Assembly (NCBI GenBank): GCA_963662545.2
Contig: CAXXLL010000003.1
Span: 1,216,001-1,280,000, forward strand
DNA: 64,000 nt
DNA from: Gammaproteobacteria bacterium
GTDB taxonomy: Bacteria > Pseudomonadota > Gammaproteobacteria > Ga0077536
Reading direction: 5' to 3'
Part shown: positions 51,337 through 61,798 of the stretch, piece by piece
Layout: each line of letters begins with the position of its first letter
Position numbering within the stretch: the stretch's first letter is position 1
Notes under the pieces: generated by a model
What the model was told of the DNA's origin: nothing
The model's input: the letters and a program-made list of their open reading frames with translations, nothing else
Databases searched by the model: none
Translations under genes and position numbers: made by a program

Positions 51337-51879
51337 TTGGCGACCGTAATCACGCATGCGATCGCCGCAGGGGCATTGAGCATCATCGCGCCAAGTGCGC
51401 TGCCGCGCGCTCGGCTTGCGCTTACGCTGGCCATCCTTTCCGCGGCCCCCGATGTCGACGTGATCGGCTTTCACTTTGGCATTGCTTATGGGGATCAGCT
51501 GGGCCATCGCGGTTTTACACATCCGATCCTGTTCGCAGCGATCACAGCCTTTGTGGCACCGTTCATCGCGTTTCCCCGCCTTCCCCGGCTCTCGCGCACT
51601 TGGTGGACCCTGGTCGGACTCCTGTTCGTCGCGACCGTTTCGCACGGGATCCTCGACGCGTTCACCGACGCAGGCCTGGGCATTGGCTTTTTCATTCCGT
51701 TCGACGACACGCGCTATTTCGCACCGTGGCGGCCACTCGCCACGTCGCCGCTCGACATCGGCGCCTTCATCAACGGCCCGGCAGGGCGAATTCTCATCAA
51801 CGAATTGACCTGGGTCGGATTACCGCTGGCGGGATTCCTCGGTCTCTGGCACTTTATCCGGTGGCGGCGAGGCCGCTGA
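51337..51879 (+). CDS. YdjM-like membrane metal-dependent hydrolase
   Basis: THA, PDVD, HRGFTH, SHGILDAFT. Confidence 0.85.
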   Translation: MATVITHAIAAGALSIIAPSALPRARLALTLAILSAAPDVDVIGFHFGIAYGDQLGHRGFTHPILFAAITAFVAPFIAFPRLPRLSRTWWTLVGLLFVATVSHGILDAFTDAGLGIGFFIPFDDTRYFAPWRPLATSPLDIGAFINGPAGRILINELTWVGLPLAGFLGLWHFIRWRRGR

Positions 51880-52002
51880 TGGTGTGCCTCGAATTTTCCC
51901 GATGATTTATGTAGCCTGGTTCACTTACGCTTTGGACTCTCTGATCGCTGATCGACACCCGTGTCGCGAATCCTCCGCACGCTCCGCCTGATGAGCCGGG
52001 CG

Positions 52003-52458
52003 ATGAGCATTCCGTTTTTCAAGTCGCCGGCCGCGCTAAGCGCTCTGCTCTGCGTGATACTGTCCACGAACTGCCATGCCGAGATCCACCGGTGGACGGA
52101 CAACGACGGTAAGATTCATTTCAGTGACAAGCCGCCCGGCGACGTCGAATCCACGGTCGTTGAAATTCGTATCAACACTTACGAGACGCCGAGCATCGAA
52201 GGGTTGGCGGCCGTATTCGAACGTGCCGACAAGATCGTCATGTACGCCACGAGCTGGTGCGGCGTCTGCCGCAAGGCCAGAAGTTATTTTCGTGCCAATG
52301 GCATCGCCTTTACCGAGTTCGACGTCGAGAACAGCGCCCGGGGGAAGCGCGAATTCAAGCGCTTAGGCGGGCGCGGCGTGCCCGTGATCCTGGTCGGCAA
52401 GAAAAGACTCAACGGTTTCAATCGAACGGCGTTTGAAAGCATTTACGGCCAACCTTGA
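52003..52458 (+). CDS. DUF4124 plus glutaredoxin-like domain protein
   Basis: IHRWTDNDGKIHFSDKPP; WCGVC; GVPVI. Confidence 0.85.
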   Translation: MSIPFFKSPAALSALLCVILSTNCHAEIHRWTDNDGKIHFSDKPPGDVESTVVEIRINTYETPSIEGLAAVFERADKIVMYATSWCGVCRKARSYFRANGIAFTEFDVENSARGKREFKRLGGRGVPVILVGKKRLNGFNRTAFESIYGQP

Positions 52459-52587
52459 GCGCGCGTGCCCCTCGCCAGTAAAACGCAATGACTCACCCGC
52501 GCCGCAGCGTAAGATCCATGCGTTCGATGCACGCGGCTCAAGATACGCATGCCGCATGCCGGCGCGAGCACTGAGTGTCCTCTCACG

Positions 52588-53133
52588 ATGCCGGTCACGC
52601 CCCTCCATCTCGGTCCGGCCATGGTGCTGAAGGCAGGCACCGGGAAAACCATGAGCCTGACGGTCTTCGCCTTCAGCCAGGTCGCGATGGACGTAGAGGT
52701 CCTGGTCCGGATCGCCATCGACGCCGATCGGCTGCACGGCTTTACTAACACGATTCTGGGCGCGAGCGTCGTCCTCTTCCCGGCCGTTCTCCTGGGCCGT
52801 CCGGTCTGCCGTGCGTTTCTCAGCTGGTGGAACCGTAATCTGAGTGCGAAACAAAGCGAGCTGCTGAGCGTCGATCCGGACATCTCCTGGCTCGCGGCCT
52901 GGTCCGGCGGGATATTCGGCGTGTATTCGCATTGGTTTCTGGATGCGATGATGCACGCCGACGCCCTTGCGGTATGGCCCATGGTACACGGCAACCCCTT
53001 CATCGACTGGCTATCGATAGGAGAGATCAATGGGTTGTGTCTGGTCTCGCTCGCTGTTGGTCTGTTCGCCCTGTGTGTTATGGCCGGCATCCGACGAATG
53101 CGAAACCAGATCGGTGTGTCGAACAAGAGGTAA
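52588..53133 (+). CDS. Membrane metal-dependent hydrolase-like (DUF4184-like) protein
   Basis: MPVTPLHLGP, LHGFT, SHWFLDAMMHAD. Confidence 0.75.
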   Translation: MPVTPLHLGPAMVLKAGTGKTMSLTVFAFSQVAMDVEVLVRIAIDADRLHGFTNTILGASVVLFPAVLLGRPVCRAFLSWWNRNLSAKQSELLSVDPDISWLAAWSGGIFGVYSHWFLDAMMHADALAVWPMVHGNPFIDWLSIGEINGLCLVSLAVGLFALCVMAGIRRMRNQIGVSNKR

Positions 53134-53138
53134 GCGAT

Positions 53139-53957
53139 ATGAATCAGGCCGACAAGGCGCAGGCCTTCCAGAATCTGCACGCGCGCGCGGGTGCGTTCGT
53201 CATGCCGAATCCTTGGGACGCGGGCTCGGCGCGGCTTTTGGCGGCGCTGGGGTTCGAGGCGCTCGCGACGACGAGCCTGGGTTTCGCCCATTCGCTCGGG
53301 CGCCTCGACGGCACGGTGACGCGCGAGGAAAAGCTCGCGCATTGCCGTGTGCTCTGCGAGGCGACGGACCTGCCGATCAGCGCGGATCTCGAAAACTGCT
53401 TCGCCGACGAACCCGTGGAGGCCGCGCAGACCATTCGACTGGCGGCGGAAGCCGGCCTCGTCGGGGGCTCGATTGAGGACTACACGGGCGATCCGTCGCG
53501 CCCGATCTACGACTTCGACCTGGCCGTCGAACGCGTGCGGGCCGCAGCCGAAGCGGCGCATGCGCTCGACTTTCCGTTCACGCTGACCGCACGGGCCGAG
53601 ACCTTACTGCGCGACCGGCGCGACCTCGACGAGACGATTCGCCGGCTCAAGGCCTACGAGGCCGCGGGCGCGGACGTGCTTTACGCCCCGGCGCTGGTCA
53701 CGCTCGAGGAAGTACGGGCGGTAACGGGGGCTGTCGACAAACCCGTCAATGTTCTCGCCCCCCCGCTCGAAGGCGTGACCGTCCGGCAGCTTGCGGAAGC
53801 GGGCACGCGACGGATCAGTATCGGCGGTGCGCTCGCGCGCGCGGCGATCACGGTTCTGCTTAATGCGGGGCGGGAAATGCGGGACGAGGGCAGTTTCTCG
53901 TGGAACGCCTACGCGGCGCCCGGCGGCGAAATCAACGATCTGCTCGGCGCGCGATGA
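53139..53957 (+). CDS. Isocitrate lyase/PEP mutase family protein
   Basis: PNPWDAGSA, SADLE, GGSIED, GADVLYAP. Confidence 0.9.
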   Translation: MNQADKAQAFQNLHARAGAFVMPNPWDAGSARLLAALGFEALATTSLGFAHSLGRLDGTVTREEKLAHCRVLCEATDLPISADLENCFADEPVEAAQTIRLAAEAGLVGGSIEDYTGDPSRPIYDFDLAVERVRAAAEAAHALDFPFTLTARAETLLRDRRDLDETIRRLKAYEAAGADVLYAPALVTLEEVRAVTGAVDKPVNVLAPPLEGVTVRQLAEAGTRRISIGGALARAAITVLLNAGREMRDEGSFSWNAYAAPGGEINDLLGAR

Positions 53958-53982
53958 GCCGCGCGATTCGGTATCCGCTCGC

Positions 53983-54462
53983 ATGACGGCCGCTGAGCCG
54001 ATGACCGGCCGCTGCACCTGCGGAGCCGTCCGCTACGCGCTCCATGCGCCACCGCTCATCGTGCACGCCTGCCACTGCCTGGACTGTCAACGGCTCACGG
54101 GCAGCGCCTTCGTCATCAATATCTGGATCGAACGGGCCGCGGTCGAGCTGACCGAAGGCGAGCCCTTGTCCTACCAGATGATCGGTCCCAGCGGTAATCC
54201 TCATGCCGTCTACTTCTGCAAGACCTGCGGCACCCAGCTTTGGAGCCGCTACGAGGATGCGCGCGGAGACACGCTGTTCGTACGCGCGGGCACGCTCGAG
54301 CACCCCGATGAAGTCACCCCGGACGTGCACATATTCACGCAAAGCAAACAATCTTGGCTTACACTTTCAGACGACACCTTGACCTTTGAAACGTTTTACA
54401 AGCTAGACGAAGTGTGGTCAGCAGAGAGCTTGCGTCGCTTACTACAGGTCGAATCGAAATAG
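53983..54462 (+). CDS. GFA/CENP-V family protein
   Basis: GRCTCGAV, CHCLDCQR, FCKTCGT. Confidence 0.9.
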   Translation: MTAAEPMTGRCTCGAVRYALHAPPLIVHACHCLDCQRLTGSAFVINIWIERAAVELTEGEPLSYQMIGPSGNPHAVYFCKTCGTQLWSRYEDARGDTLFVRAGTLEHPDEVTPDVHIFTQSKQSWLTLSDDTLTFETFYKLDEVWSAESLRRLLQVESK

Positions 54463-54570
54463 CGATGGGACGGGAAATTGTTTGTCACGGTTTTCGTCAT
54501 TCGTCCACTCACGAATAAATGCGAACTCTTGAACAACGACCGGTAAACACCGTTAGTTAAGGAGAATACG

Positions 54571-54879
54571 ATGGCTGCATTCTGTTTTTTCGACGTCTAC
54601 GAAGTCACCGATCCCGACACCATGGACGAATATCGCGAAGGCGTCCTGGCCACGGTCAAGCAGTATGGCGGCAAGTACCGTGTCGCCGGCGGCGAATGCG
54701 AGCAGATCGAAGGAGACTGGTCGCCAAGCTTTCCCGTGCTGATCGAGTTCCCCAGCCTCGCCGAAGCGCACGCCTGGTATGATTCGGACGAATACGCGCC
54801 TCTGTTGAAATTACGATTGGCGGCGGCGGCGGCGCACGCGGTGTTCATGGGAACGGATTCGCATGATTTTGTTGAATAG
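54571..54879 (+). CDS. DUF1330 family protein
   Basis: YGGKY, IEFPS, WYDSDEY; AAGGAG RBS. Confidence 0.88.
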   Translation: MAAFCFFDVYEVTDPDTMDEYREGVLATVKQYGGKYRVAGGECEQIEGDWSPSFPVLIEFPSLAEAHAWYDSDEYAPLLKLRLAAAAAHAVFMGTDSHDFVE

Positions 54880-55139
54880 TCAGGGTGATTGAACTGGAGG
54901 GCTGGTTGGGAGACGTCGAATTGCGATTCTCCACGCCGATGGTGCCAGCGCCCCCCAAGATGGTCGAGCGGATGCGCGCGCGAGAAAAAGGACGCCGGGC
55001 GTTCCGCGCGAGGCCCGAGCGCCCTCCCGCACCTTGCCGAACGGATTGAAGACGCGTACCTTCCGCTTCCGTCCGGTCCAGTGCCCGTCATCCCGCGGTA
55101 TCGATATCCGGCAGCTACAAAAAAGAACAGGAGGCGTCA

Positions 55140-56180
55140 ATGAACCCACGATTTGGAATCTTATGGCCGTTCCGCAACCCCGAATTCAACCGTGTGCGAT
55201 GGGAAGACCTGTATCGGACACATCTCGACTTGATCGTCGATTCCGAAGCGATGGGTTACGACAACGCCTGGCTTACCGAGCATCATTTCGTCGATGACGG
55301 CTACTCGCCGTCGCTGCTGCCGATCGCGGCGGCGGTCGCGGCCCGCACGTCCCGGATCCGTATAGGGACCTTCCTGATCTTGCTGCCGCTGCACAACCCA
55401 ATACGGATCGCCGAAGATACCGCCACGGTCGATCTGATATCAGGCGGCCGCTTCGATCTCGGCGTCGGCCTGGGATACCGGCGCAAAGAGTTCGCCGACC
55501 AGGGCATTTCACACACCGAGCGCGGCGCGCGCCTAAGAGAAGGCATCGAACTGATCCAGCGTCTGCTAAGTGACGAAGAAGTGAGCTTCGAAGGCAAGTT
55601 CAACCACTTGAAGGAGATCCGCATCGTGCCGCCCGCACTACAACGGCCGCACCCGCCAATCTGGCTCGGCGCACTCGCCGAAAAAGTGATCGAGCGCGCC
55701 GCCAAGATGGGCTTTCATTTTCAGGTGGTCGGCCCGCCGTCGATGGTCGAGCATTATGACGCCTGCCTCGTCGCCGCCGGCCGCAACCCGCAGGAATACA
55801 ACACCGCTCAGCTGCGCTGGCTGCACGTCGCGCAAAGCCGTGCGCAGGCCTGGGAAACCGCGGCGCAGTCGCTGCACTACACGGCGAGCTGTTATGCCAA
55901 GTGGTTCGCGGAGGCGAACGACAAGCCCGGCGACGACCAGGCCACTGTGGGCATGCCGAGCGTCGATGAGATCATCGCCAAGCAGGAGTTTGACGTCTTC
56001 GGCGAGCAAGCCATCGTCGGTACGCCCGAGGATGCGCGGGAAATGATTGCCGACTACATCTCGCGCGGCCGCGTGACCCATATGGTCCTGGGCATGGCCT
56101 TGTCCGGCCTCGCGCCGCATCACATCCGCTCCAGCATGGAGATGTTCGCGAAGGACGTGATCCCGGCGTTCAGAAAGTAG
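55140..56180 (+). CDS. LLM-class flavin-dependent oxidoreductase
   Basis: WLTEHHF, AEDTATVDLISGGRFDLGVGLGY. Confidence 0.92.
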   Translation: MNPRFGILWPFRNPEFNRVRWEDLYRTHLDLIVDSEAMGYDNAWLTEHHFVDDGYSPSLLPIAAAVAARTSRIRIGTFLILLPLHNPIRIAEDTATVDLISGGRFDLGVGLGYRRKEFADQGISHTERGARLREGIELIQRLLSDEEVSFEGKFNHLKEIRIVPPALQRPHPPIWLGALAEKVIERAAKMGFHFQVVGPPSMVEHYDACLVAAGRNPQEYNTAQLRWLHVAQSRAQAWETAAQSLHYTASCYAKWFAEANDKPGDDQATVGMPSVDEIIAKQEFDVFGEQAIVGTPEDAREMIADYISRGRVTHMVLGMALSGLAPHHIRSSMEMFAKDVIPAFRK

Positions 56181-56198
56181 CGCCCTGACAGCACCGGA

Positions 56199-56642
56199 GT
56201 GAACCCCTCCGTCCGCCTGTTCGCCACCGTCCTCGGCTATGCGGGACTGCTGCCTTTCCTCGCGGCCACGGCTGCGATTTTTTCGAGCGACCCCACGGTC
56301 AGCGGCCCCGGTCTTTATGCGCTGACGGTCTATGCTGCCGTCTTACTGTCTTTCATGGGGGCGGTGCATTGGGGCCTTGCAATGCAAAGCGATCACACCG
56401 TAGCGCGGTGGCAGCTCGCCGCGAGTGTCGTGCCATTGCTCGCAGCCGGCTTGTTGGTAGTCGTCCTACCGCCGCCGAGCGCCTTGATCGGACTCGGGGT
56501 GGCATTCCTCGTGCTGCTAGGCGCCGATCTCTTGGCGGTTCGACAGGGTCTGGCGCCTGGCTGGTATGTGCGGCTGCGCGTACCCCTGACCGTGCTGAGC
56601 TGCGTGGCGTTGTGGACAGCCGCCTGGGAACTCAGCCACTAG
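56199..56642 (+). CDS. DUF3429 membrane protein
   Basis: LGYAGLLPF, LSFMGAVHWG, WYVRLRVPLT. Confidence 0.88.
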   Translation: MNPSVRLFATVLGYAGLLPFLAATAAIFSSDPTVSGPGLYALTVYAAVLLSFMGAVHWGLAMQSDHTVARWQLAASVVPLLAAGLLVVVLPPPSALIGLGVAFLVLLGADLLAVRQGLAPGWYVRLRVPLTVLSCVALWTAAWELSH

Positions 56643-56709
56643 CCAACACGACAATCCGCGACTCTCCAAAGCGCCCTTGCTGGCGAGCGCGGTCGTATAT
56701 CATGGCGTG

Positions 56710-57114
56710 ATGACCGTCGGCCGGGACAAGAACGACCCCTGTATCTTCTGTGAGCCGGAAAGACCCATACTTGCAGAGAGCGAGCTCGCACTCGCTTTTC
56801 TCGACTCCTTCCCGATCTCCAAGGGCCATGCCCTGGTCGTGCCGCGCCGTCACGTCCGCACGATGTTCGACACCGACGCCGACGAGTACGCGGCGTGTTT
56901 CGGACTCGCACGCGAGGTCTGCGAACTGCTGCAGGCCGCGCACGCGCCAGACGGCTTCAACATCGGCGTCAACTGTGAGGAGGCGGGCGGCCAGTCGGTC
57001 TGGCATGCCCACATTCACGTTATTCCACGTTATACGGGCGACGTCGAAAACCCGCTCGGCGGCGTCAGAAATGTGATTCCGCACAAGGATTCAAATCCAA
57101 ACCCTGTCTGTTAA
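56710..57114 (+). CDS. HIT family hydrolase
   Basis: CIFC, GQSVWHAHIHVIPR. Confidence 0.92.
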   Translation: MTVGRDKNDPCIFCEPERPILAESELALAFLDSFPISKGHALVVPRRHVRTMFDTDADEYAACFGLAREVCELLQAAHAPDGFNIGVNCEEAGGQSVWHAHIHVIPRYTGDVENPLGGVRNVIPHKDSNPNPVC

Positions 57115-57276
57115 GGAACCTCTGAATAAGTCATGGTGCGTGTGAATGGTTCATGAAATCGTGCAGAGCAAGGCACGAATCGCAGGTAATAGCGGGGACT
57201 ATTGGCAAGATTTGTAACGCAGCGCTGCGCGATTTCTGGCGCCAGGCACGTGTGCCATGACTTATTCAGAGGTTCC
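57115..57276. mobile_element. 162-bp MITE, family A, copy 3 (inverted relative to copies 1 and 2)
   Basis: Same TIRs; TTAA duplicated at 57111-14 (includes HIT stop) and 57277-80. Confidence 0.9.
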
Positions 57277-57316
57277 TTAACCCTGATCGAAGTGCGATAC
57301 GACGCGAGGAGGCTTC

Positions 57317-58042
57317 ATGATCGATCTCCACTACTGGCCCACGCCGAACGGCAAGAAGGTGACCATTCTGCTCGAAGAATGCGGCGTGGCTTACAAGATG
57401 ATTCCCTGCAATATCGCCACTGGCGATCAGTTTTCCGACGAATTTCTCAAGATCGGTCCCAACAACCGCATGCCGGCCATGATCGATCATGAACCGCTAG
57501 ATGGGGGGCAACCGATATCAGTCTTCGAGTCGGGCGCGATGATGATGTACATCGCCGAGAAGACCGGTATGTTCTGGCCACAGGAACTGCGCCCGCGCTA
57601 CGACGTTACCCAATGGATCATGTGGCAGATGGCGAACCAGGGACCGAAGACCGGCGAATGCGGCCACTTTCGCCGCCTGGAAGATCGCGAGGGCGATCAG
57701 AGTTATGCCGTGACGCGATTCACCGACGAGGTCAACCGGCTCTACGGTGTTATCAACAACCGTCTCTACGAAAGTCCCTACCTTGCCGGCGACGAATACA
57801 CCATCGCCGACATGATCACCTATCCCTGGACGGTCGGCTGGGAAGCCCAGGGGCAGGACATCAACGACTTCAAATACTTCAAACGCTGGTTCGAGGAACT
57901 CGGCGAGCGGCCCGCCCTGCAACGCGGCATGGCAGTCGGCAGCGATCTCAGCATGGGGCTGGACAAGATGTCCGAAGAGGAGCTCGCCGCGCTTCGGAAG
58001 CTGCTTTACAACCAGCGCGCGCGGCCGGTGATGGAGCACTGA
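57317..58042 (+). CDS. Glutathione S-transferase, YfcG/YghU-like
   Basis: WPTPNGKK, PNNRMPA, FESGA, YTIADM. Confidence 0.92.
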   Translation: MIDLHYWPTPNGKKVTILLEECGVAYKMIPCNIATGDQFSDEFLKIGPNNRMPAMIDHEPLDGGQPISVFESGAMMMYIAEKTGMFWPQELRPRYDVTQWIMWQMANQGPKTGECGHFRRLEDREGDQSYAVTRFTDEVNRLYGVINNRLYESPYLAGDEYTIADMITYPWTVGWEAQGQDINDFKYFKRWFEELGERPALQRGMAVGSDLSMGLDKMSEEELAALRKLLYNQRARPVMEH

Positions 58043-58245
58043 CCGGGGGGATCCGTTCGCGCGTAAATAGGCATAGGATCAGATATTCGTTGCCTGCCAT
58101 CCCTGCCGGTACTCAACGATCTTCGCTTGACCCCAGTCCGTACATCCTTGTGCGGGCGCACGCTTGTTTTCGAAGGCGACAACTGCTGGAATGGTCTGTC
58201 CTGGTTAAAACCAGAGGATCACCTACAACAGGAGGCATCACTAAA

Positions 58246-58626
58246 ATGCTCGACTACACGGAACTCAAAGACAGGGGCGGCCTCGAGCCCTGGCCGCCGA
58301 TGGCTGAACTCGATTTCATCAAGGTACTGGACGGCGATCCGGTCCACTCCGGCCGTTTCGACGTCGGCGGGTTCGGCAAGCGCACGATGGCGGGTGTTTG
58401 GGAATGCACGCCCGGCCGTTTCGAATACACCTATCCCGGCGACGAGATCTGCACTCTGCTTGAAGGCAGGATCCAGCTCGTCTGTGAAGACGGCAAGACC
58501 CATGACTACAAAGCGGGGGACACGTTTTATACCCGCAAGGGCGAAGTCGCGACGTGGACCGTGATCGAAACAATACGCAAGATCTTCCACATTCACGATC
58601 CGGACTCCAACGACCTCGCACATTGA
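58246..58626 (+). CDS. Cupin domain protein (DUF861/EutQ-like)
   Basis: AGGAGG RBS; GVWECTPG, DEICTLLEG, ETIRK. Confidence 0.88.
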   Translation: MLDYTELKDRGGLEPWPPMAELDFIKVLDGDPVHSGRFDVGGFGKRTMAGVWECTPGRFEYTYPGDEICTLLEGRIQLVCEDGKTHDYKAGDTFYTRKGEVATWTVIETIRKIFHIHDPDSNDLAH

Positions 58627-58723
58627 TCGATCCCGCGCGCCGCGGATGATCGCGGCGCGCAGATCTCGCTGTTCGCCGAAGACGGGCCGAGATACAGGGC
58701 GGCCTCGGCGGAGGAGATAGCCT

Positions 58724-61111
58724 ATGGCGAAAGCGAAAGTCACCGAGCGTATGCAGGGCTATTGTGCGCTGTGCTGGTCGAGCTGCGGGTGTATCTCGGT
58801 CATCGAGGACGGACGTTTGACCGCGATCGAACCCGATCCGTCTCACCCGACCGGCAAGGCGCTCTGCGGTAAGGGCCTGGCGGCGCCGGAGCTGGTGTAC
58901 AGCGAGGACCGCGTGCTCTATCCGCTGAAGCGCACGCGCCCGAAAGGCGCGTCCGATCCGGGTTGGGAGCGGATCAGCTGGGACGAAGCGCTCGACACCA
59001 CCGTGTCGAATTTGAAGCGCATCGCAGAGGCATCCGGCGTGGAGTCGGTCGCGTTCAGCATCACCACCACTGCCGGCACCGCGATGCAAGATGGTTATCC
59101 CTGGGTCGAACGCCTGCGTCAGGCCTTCGGTACTCCGAATGCGCTCGCCTCTATCGAGATCTGCAATTTTGCGAAAGACTTCATCTACCCGCATACCTTT
59201 GGCGTCGGGCTGCCGATGTCGGATCTTGAAAATAGCGATTGCATCATCCTGTGGGGACACAACCCGGGGACGAGCTGGCTAGCACACGGTACCCGTGTGG
59301 CGGACGCCCGCGCGCGTGGCGCGAAACTCATCGTGATGGATCCCGTGCGCGTCGGCTTCGCCGTCAAGGCGGATCAATGGCTGCGCGTGCGCCCGGGCTC
59401 GGATGGTGCGCTGGCACTCAGCCTGGCGGGCATCATGATCGACGAAGAGCTGTTCGACCGCACTTTCGTGCGCGACTGGACCAACGGACCGTTCCTGATC
59501 CGCGAGGACGACGGCCGGTTCCTGAGCGCAGCCGATCTGAGCGTCGGCGGTGATCCCAATGCACGCGTGGCCTTCGATGAAAAGGCCGGCAGTGTGGTCC
59601 ACTACGACCCGTCGGCGGGCCGCTACGAACGCGGCGACATCGAGCCAGCGCTCTTCGGGCGCCGTGACATACCGGCCGCCGACGGCGTGATTCCCTGTCG
59701 CCCGGCTTTCGATCGCTATGCCGAACTCTGCCGCCGTTACCCGCCGGAGCGCGCCGCGGATATAAGCTGGGTGCCAGCAGATCAGATCCGCGAGACGGCA
59801 CGCTTGATCGGTGCCTCGCAGGCAGTGTGCTGTTATGCCTGGGCAGGGCTCGAACAGCATACGAACACGAGCCAGACCAACCGCGCTGTCGCCTGCCTCT
59901 ATGCCTTGACCGGCCACTTCGACGCTCCGGGCGGCAACGTCATCTACGAAAGAGTACCGACGCAGAACGTCGCGGGCTCCGACCTCATGCCCGCCGGTCG
60001 GCTCGATAAGTCCCTGGGCCGCGAAAAGCGTTCGCTCGGACCCGAAAGCGTCAACGGCTGGGTCTCCAGCAACTCTTTATACGACGCTGTGCTCGATCGC
60101 AAACCATACGGCGTCGACGCGCTCGTCAGCTTCGGTATGAACGTGCTGCTGACCCACACCGACGGCGCTCGCGGCGCGCAAGCATTGGACGCGCTCGACT
60201 TCATGGTGCACGCCGATCTCTTTATGACGCCGACGGCGTCACATGCCGACATCGTGCTGCCGGTCAACACGCCGTGGGAGCGCGAGGGGCTCAAGACCGA
60301 TTTCCTGGTCGATCAACGGGCCGCCGGCTTCGTCCAATTCCGGGGGCAGATGGTCGAATCCCAGGGTGAATCCCGCTCCGACGCCTGGATCGCTTTCGAA
60401 CTCGCCAAACGGCTGGGTTTCGGCGAGTCGTTCTGGGACGGCGACCTCGACGCGGGCTATCGCGAGATCCTCGCGCCGAGCGGACTCGACCTCGACGACC
60501 TGCGCGCGCATCCCGAAGGGATCGAAGTTCCGCTCGAGACGCGCTACCGGAAATATGCCGGGAACGGCGGGACAGCCCCCGGTTTCGCGACGCCGAGCAA
60601 AAAGGTCGAGATCTATTCCGAGACCTTGCTCAATCACGGCTACGCGCCGCTACCCGAATATGTCGAGCCCGCGATGAGCCCCGTGTCCCGCCCGGATTTG
60701 CTCGACGACTTCCCGCTGGTACTGACGACCAACAAATCGCCCCACTACCTGCACAGCCAGTTCCGCGCGCTGCCCGCGGTACGGCGCCACGAGCGCGAAC
60801 CGCGGGTGGAATTGCATCCGGACGCCGCTGCGGAACGCGATATCGTCGACGGTGACTGGGTCGCTTTGATCACGCCCCACGGCCGCGCCCGCGCGAAAGC
60901 ACGGCTCGCGAAGAACCTGGATCCGCGCGTTGTGAAAGCGACCCACGGCTGGTGGCAGCGCTGCGTCGCACTGGACCTCGCGGGCTACGACGCGCACAGC
61001 GACGACGGCGCTAATGTAAACCGCCTCATGAACGACGACGAGGTCGATCCGATCGGCGGCTGCGAACCACTCAAGTCCTACCTCTGCCAGATCGCCCGCC
61101 TGCCGAACTAA
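58724..61111 (+). CDS. Molybdopterin-dependent oxidoreductase catalytic subunit (DMSO reductase family)
   Basis: CALCWSSC...C 4Fe-4S motif, ISWDEALD, WGHNP, DLFMTPTA, HSQFR, LHPDAA. Confidence 0.92.
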   Translation: MAKAKVTERMQGYCALCWSSCGCISVIEDGRLTAIEPDPSHPTGKALCGKGLAAPELVYSEDRVLYPLKRTRPKGASDPGWERISWDEALDTTVSNLKRIAEASGVESVAFSITTTAGTAMQDGYPWVERLRQAFGTPNALASIEICNFAKDFIYPHTFGVGLPMSDLENSDCIILWGHNPGTSWLAHGTRVADARARGAKLIVMDPVRVGFAVKADQWLRVRPGSDGALALSLAGIMIDEELFDRTFVRDWTNGPFLIREDDGRFLSAADLSVGGDPNARVAFDEKAGSVVHYDPSAGRYERGDIEPALFGRRDIPAADGVIPCRPAFDRYAELCRRYPPERAADISWVPADQIRETARLIGASQAVCCYAWAGLEQHTNTSQTNRAVACLYALTGHFDAPGGNVIYERVPTQNVAGSDLMPAGRLDKSLGREKRSLGPESVNGWVSSNSLYDAVLDRKPYGVDALVSFGMNVLLTHTDGARGAQALDALDFMVHADLFMTPTASHADIVLPVNTPWEREGLKTDFLVDQRAAGFVQFRGQMVESQGESRSDAWIAFELAKRLGFGESFWDGDLDAGYREILAPSGLDLDDLRAHPEGIEVPLETRYRKYAGNGGTAPGFATPSKKVEIYSETLLNHGYAPLPEYVEPAMSPVSRPDLLDDFPLVLTTNKSPHYLHSQFRALPAVRRHEREPRVELHPDAAAERDIVDGDWVALITPHGRARAKARLAKNLDPRVVKATHGWWQRCVALDLAGYDAHSDDGANVNRLMNDDEVDPIGGCEPLKSYLCQIARLPN

Positions 61112-61149
61112 GGGCGCGCGGCTCTTCCCCGAGCCGCGCGCCGCTGCAA

Positions 61150-61515
61150 TCACATGTTGAAGAAGACCAGCTTGTTGCCGTCCGGATCGCGGAAGTAGCC
61201 GCCATAGAACGTCCCCGCACGCACCCCCGGCTCGCCTTCGTCGGTCGCGCCCAGCGACATGGCTTTCGCGTAGAGTAGGTCGACCTTGTCGTTGCTGCCG
61301 GCGTGCAGCGCGACCATGTTGCCGTTGCCCGCTACCGCCGGATTCCCGTCGGCGGGCTTGATGATCATGAGCATGGTCGCACCTTCGCCATCCGACCAGG
61401 CAACCAGGCGATCCATTTCCATCGCGCGCTTGGCGCCCATCTCGGCGAGAAGCGCATCGTAGAATTTCGCGGCGCGATCGATGTCGTTGGTGCCTATAGT
61501 GACGTATCCGATCAT
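61150..61515 (-). CDS. VOC/glyoxalase family protein
   Basis: IGYVTIGTND, GNGNMVAL, YFRDPDGNK. Confidence 0.9.
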   Translation of the reverse strand: MIGYVTIGTNDIDRAAKFYDALLAEMGAKRAMEMDRLVAWSDGEGATMLMIIKPADGNPAVAGNGNMVALHAGSNDKVDLLYAKAMSLGATDEGEPGVRAGTFYGGYFRDPDGNKLVFFNM

Positions 61516-61798
61516 GTCTTTCTCCTTTTCCGTTGTTCTTGGGCTTCGGCGTGACCAGATATTACCCGAGATCGGGCCGAGGAAGCCGGTCCGAGATGGT
61601 CCCGGCGGAGAGGCGGCGATGCAACAATGTGTAAAAACTTGAACTCGATCTTATAGACTGACGCCTTGGATTCGACGTGGTCTGACAAGTGCCTTCGCAT
61701 ACGCAATGCACTTTGCAATCGCGCTTCACTAGACCACGGTCCGCTATACACCGGTAAGCAGCCACGCTTTGCGGCATCGCAGAAGGCGGCTAACGACC

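Noticed and set aside
57613-58245. N-terminal extension of the cupin ORF (337 aa)
   Set aside because: It overlaps the GST gene out of frame; a strong AGGAGG RBS supports the start at 58246.
58724-61111. Acetylene hydratase assignment
   Set aside because: The catalytic Asp next to the second Fe-S cysteine in acetylene hydratase is Trp here (CALCW).
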